Position numbers and translations under genes: made by a program
Shown here: piece after piece, positions 16,434-19,194 of the stretch
Numbering within the stretch: position 1 is the stretch's first letter
How the letters are laid out: each line of letters opens with the position of its first letter
Notes under the pieces: generated by a model
Databases searched by the model: none
The model's input: the letters and a program-made list of their open reading frames with translations, nothing else
Told to the model about the DNA's origin: nothing
Assembly (NCBI GenBank): GCA_050125095.1
Contig: JASFEA010000054.1
Coordinates: forward strand, 1 to 19,194
DNA: 19,194 nt
Direction: 5' to 3'
DNA from: a bacterium
GTDB taxonomy: Bacteria; Arandabacterota; Arandabacteria; Arandabacterales; JALGWA01

Positions 16434-17789
16434 CTAGGCAGAGATCATGCGCCTTGCTGCTTCGTTTGCCCTCTTCACCACTTCCGCCTCGTCCACCTGC
16501 GTCAGCTCTCCGTCTCTCACCACGACCTTGCCGTTCACTATGGAAAAGCGCACCGGGCGGCCGCCTCCGCAGATCACGGTGGAGGCGACGTAGTCGTGAA
16601 GAGCGCCGGCATGTGATATATCGCTCACATCTATACCTATGACGTCCGCGGCCTTGCCCTCTTCGATAGCGCCGATGTCGTCCCGCGCCAGAAGCGACGC
16701 TCCGCCCCGCGTGGCGATATCTATTACCTGGCGGGCTGTGATCGCCCCTCCCCCGGCGACGAGGCGCTGGAGCAGGAAGCAGTTCCTCAGTTCCGCCAGC
16801 ATGTCCGAGGAGTCGTTGCTGGCGCTCCCGTCGACACCGAGGCCCACCCGGATTCCCATCTCTATCATCTCGGGGACCCGGGCCGCCCCGGAGCCCAGGC
16901 GCATGTTGGAGGTCGGGCAATGGCAGATACCGGTCCCGCTGCTTTTAAGGATCTCCAGCTCCTCATCATTGAAGTGGATGCCATGCGCGTACCATACATC
17001 CTCCCCCAGCCATCCACAGTCCTTCATCAGCTCGAGAGGGCGCATCCCGTAAGCTTCCAGGCAGTACTCCTCTTCATCCTTTGTCTCGGCGATATGAGTG
17101 TGAAGCAGCGCGCCCGTCCTGTCGGCGAGGTCCCGGGTCTTGACCAGAAGGTCTCTTGTAACCGAAAACGGGGAGCACGGGCCCAGCGCGATTCTCACCA
17201 TGGCTCCGAAGCCGGGGTCATGGTATTCCTCGATCAGCCTCTCCGAGTCCGCCAGGATTTCGTCCTCTGTCTGCACGACTTCATCAGGCGGAAGCCCGCC
17301 CTGGCTTTTCCCCAGGGACATGCTGCCGCGCGCGGGCTGGAACCTCATGCCGATTGCCGATGCCGCTTCAATCTCGATATCGATGAACCTGCCGCTCGTT
17401 CCCCTCGGGAAGACGTAGAACTGGTCGATGGATGTCGTGCAGCCCGTCTTCAGCAGCTCGCCGCATGCCACGAGCGTGCTCCAGTGTACGGCATCATCGT
17501 CGAGGTGTTTCCATATCTGATACAGCTTGGTCAACCACTTGAAAAGCGGTTCATTCTGGACCTGCGGGACACAGCGCTGCAGCGTCTGGTAGAAATGGTG
17601 ATGGGTGTTGACGAGACCCGGCATTACCACCATGCCGCTGCAGTCGATTGTCTCGAGGTCGCCGCCCGCAGCCGCCGATTCCAGACTCTTGCCGATGCTC
17701 TTTATCCGGTTTCCCTCAATCAGAACATCGGCTCCGGACTCCTCGCCGTCGCCCGTATAGAGGGCGCAGATGTCCTTAAGGAGGATCAA
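16434..17789 (-). CDS. 8-oxoguanine deaminase-like amidohydrolase (ATZ/TRZ family)
   Basis: PGLVNTHHHFYQTL, RGSMSLGKSQGGLPPD, GPCSPFSVT, HTHIAET, WYAHGIH, CPTSNMRLGSG, GLGVDGSASND. TTG start at 17789 with AAGGAGG RBS, overlapping the upstream TGA (TTGA). Confidence 0.9.
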   Translation of the reverse strand: MILLKDICALYTGDGEESGADVLIEGNRIKSIGKSLESAAAGGDLETIDCSGMVVMPGLVNTHHHFYQTLQRCVPQVQNEPLFKWLTKLYQIWKHLDDDAVHWSTLVACGELLKTGCTTSIDQFYVFPRGTSGRFIDIEIEAASAIGMRFQPARGSMSLGKSQGGLPPDEVVQTEDEILADSERLIEEYHDPGFGAMVRIALGPCSPFSVTRDLLVKTRDLADRTGALLHTHIAETKDEEEYCLEAYGMRPLELMKDCGWLGEDVWYAHGIHFNDEELEILKSSGTGICHCPTSNMRLGSGAARVPEMIEMGIRVGLGVDGSASNDSSDMLAELRNCFLLQRLVAGGGAITARQVIDIATRGGASLLARDDIGAIEEGKAADVIGIDVSDISHAGALHDYVASTVICGGGRPVRFSIVNGKVVVRDGELTQVDEAEVVKRANEAARRMISA

Positions 17790-19192
17790 ATGCCGGCCTC
17801 CTTGAGCGCATTCAGCACCCGCTCCGGTGTCAGGGGCAGCTCCCTGATCCTCACGCCGGTAGCGTCGAATACCGCGTTCACGATTGCCGGGGCGATGGGA
17901 TCCATGCTTACCTCGCCGACGCTCTTGACGCCGTAAGGTCCCGAAGGCTCCACGGTCTCGACAATGAATCCCTTGATATCGGGAAGGTCGAGCGAAGTTG
18001 CGATCTTGTAATCGAGAAGCGAAGCGTTGAGCGTCCTCCCCTCCGCCGAGAACAGCATCTCCTCGGTGAGGGCATAGCCGACTCCCATGGCGGCGCATCC
18101 CACGATCTGCCCCTCGCAGAGGTCCGGATTGATGGCCCTGCCCACGTCCACGGCGTTCGCGATGTCGGTGACGCGCACCATCCCCGTGTCGAGATCGACC
18201 TCCACTTCCGCAAAACAGGCGGCGAACGGCGGCGGGCAGTCGAGGTTAAGGTGCGACGCCGTCTCAGAGATCTGCTGCTTGTTCTTCCCGTAGAAGGACT
18301 TCAGCGCGACCTCCTTGACGTGAAGCGAGTCGCCCCCCGGCGCCTGGAACCTGCCGTCCTGGAAAGTAAGCGAACCGGCGCCCACGCCGAGCAACTCCGC
18401 CGCGACCTCTCTCAGCCTCTCGCGCACCTTCTCCGCGGCCTTGACGACCGCGGTGCCCGACACATAGGTCGTGCTGGACGCATACGCACCGACGTCGAAA
18501 GGCGTAACATCCGTATCCGATGAATAGACGATCATGTCGTCCAGCGAAACCCCGAGGACCTCCGCGGCCATCTGGCCGAGAACCGTGTCGCTGCCAGTTC
18601 CCAGGTCCGCCGCGCCTATGAGCAGATTGAATGACCCGTCCTCATTCACCTTGACCGTGGCCCCGGCCACGTCGTCTCCGGGAATGCCGGTGCCGTGCAT
18701 GCAGAGCGCGAAGCCCACCCCGCGCCTCATCCGCTTGAACGGCCCATCGCCGGCGGGGGCCACGTCCGCGCGCTTATCGATGGCGCCACGGGCAAGATCA
18801 ATGCACTCTTCAAGTCCGCATGTCCTGATCTCCCGCTTGAATCCCTCCTTGCCCTCTCCCAGCTTCGCGGCTATCGGGTCCAGGTCGCCGACGCGGATGT
18901 GGTTCTTGCGCTTGAACTCGAGTGGGTCCATGCCTATCTTGCGGGCCACTTCGTCCATGTGGCACTCCAGGGCGAAGTAACCCTGTACAGCCCCGTATCC
19001 GCGGAACGCGCCGGCCACCGGCAGATTGGTGTATGCCACCTCTGCGGCATAGCGTATGGCCCTGGACCGGTAAAGAGGCATGGTCTTGCTTCCCGTATTG
19101 GATGGAACCGTCAGGCCGTGGCTTCCATAAGACCCGGTATTCGCGATGACCCGCACCTCATTGGCCACAATGGTGCCGTCCTTCATGACGCC
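17786..19192 (-). CDS. Xanthine dehydrogenase-family molybdopterin-binding subunit (5'-truncated)
   Basis: GAFRGYGAVQ, DLGTGSDTVLGQMAAE, GAYASSTT, EVEVDLDTG, DVGRAINP..EGQ and GPYGVKSVGE (catalytic Glu motif); frame is open to the window edge. Confidence 0.93.
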   Translation of the reverse strand, partial: GVMKDGTIVANEVRVIANTGSYGSHGLTVPSNTGSKTMPLYRSRAIRYAAEVAYTNLPVAGAFRGYGAVQGYFALECHMDEVARKIGMDPLEFKRKNHIRVGDLDPIAAKLGEGKEGFKREIRTCGLEECIDLARGAIDKRADVAPAGDGPFKRMRRGVGFALCMHGTGIPGDDVAGATVKVNEDGSFNLLIGAADLGTGSDTVLGQMAAEVLGVSLDDMIVYSSDTDVTPFDVGAYASSTTYVSGTAVVKAAEKVRERLREVAAELLGVGAGSLTFQDGRFQAPGGDSLHVKEVALKSFYGKNKQQISETASHLNLDCPPPFAACFAEVEVDLDTGMVRVTDIANAVDVGRAINPDLCEGQIVGCAAMGVGYALTEEMLFSAEGRTLNASLLDYKIATSLDLPDIKGFIVETVEPSGPYGVKSVGEVSMDPIAPAIVNAVFDATGVRIRELPLTPERVLNALKEAGI

Positions 19193-19194
19193 CG

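Noticed and set aside
16349-16642. 97-aa ORF starting MGSGLKLH
   Set aside because: Translation of the intergenic repeat plus antisense of the deaminase.
16920-17936. 338-aa antisense ORF over the deaminase
   Set aside because: Shadow ORF with no family motifs.
17790-18098. 103-aa N-terminal extension of the amidohydrolase in the ORF track
   Set aside because: Overlaps the XDH subunit gene in another frame and has Arg-rich off-frame composition; TTG 17789 has a strong RBS and matches the family N-terminus.

Overview
GC-rich, densely coding chromosomal window, probably from a diderm bacterium (TolC-type channel, lipoproteins). I see no mobile element genes, rRNA, tRNA or CRISPR array. From left to right: (1) a 5'-truncated MacB/FtsX-type ABC permease; (2) a convergent minus-strand operon of parvulin PPIase lipoprotein, membrane fusion protein, MacB-type permease, TolC-like protein and OsmC-family protein, with no ABC ATPase; (3) a QueG-like Fe-S/cobalamin protein with altered catalytic motifs, a PTS IIA (Ntr/Fru-type) protein and a short C4 zinc-ribbon protein; (4) a separately promoted orphan ParA/Soj ATPase fused to an AMPK-beta/CBM48-like glycogen-binding domain; (5) a minus-strand pair encoding a membrane-anchored tandem-PLD protein and an ATP-cone/uridine-kinase-like fusion; (6) a ZnuACB-type metal ABC importer followed by a YVTN beta-propeller lipoprotein; (7) a 23-bp intergenic direct repeat; (8) the 3' end of a purine-catabolism cluster (xanthine dehydrogenase-family Mo subunit and 8-oxoguanine deaminase-like amidohydrolase). 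The best candidates for undescribed biology are the ParA-CBM fusion (possible glycogen-granule positioning), the PLD plus ATP-cone kinase pair, and the QueG-like protein lacking the canonical catalytic His/Asp. All family assignments come from motif recognition by eye, not database searches.
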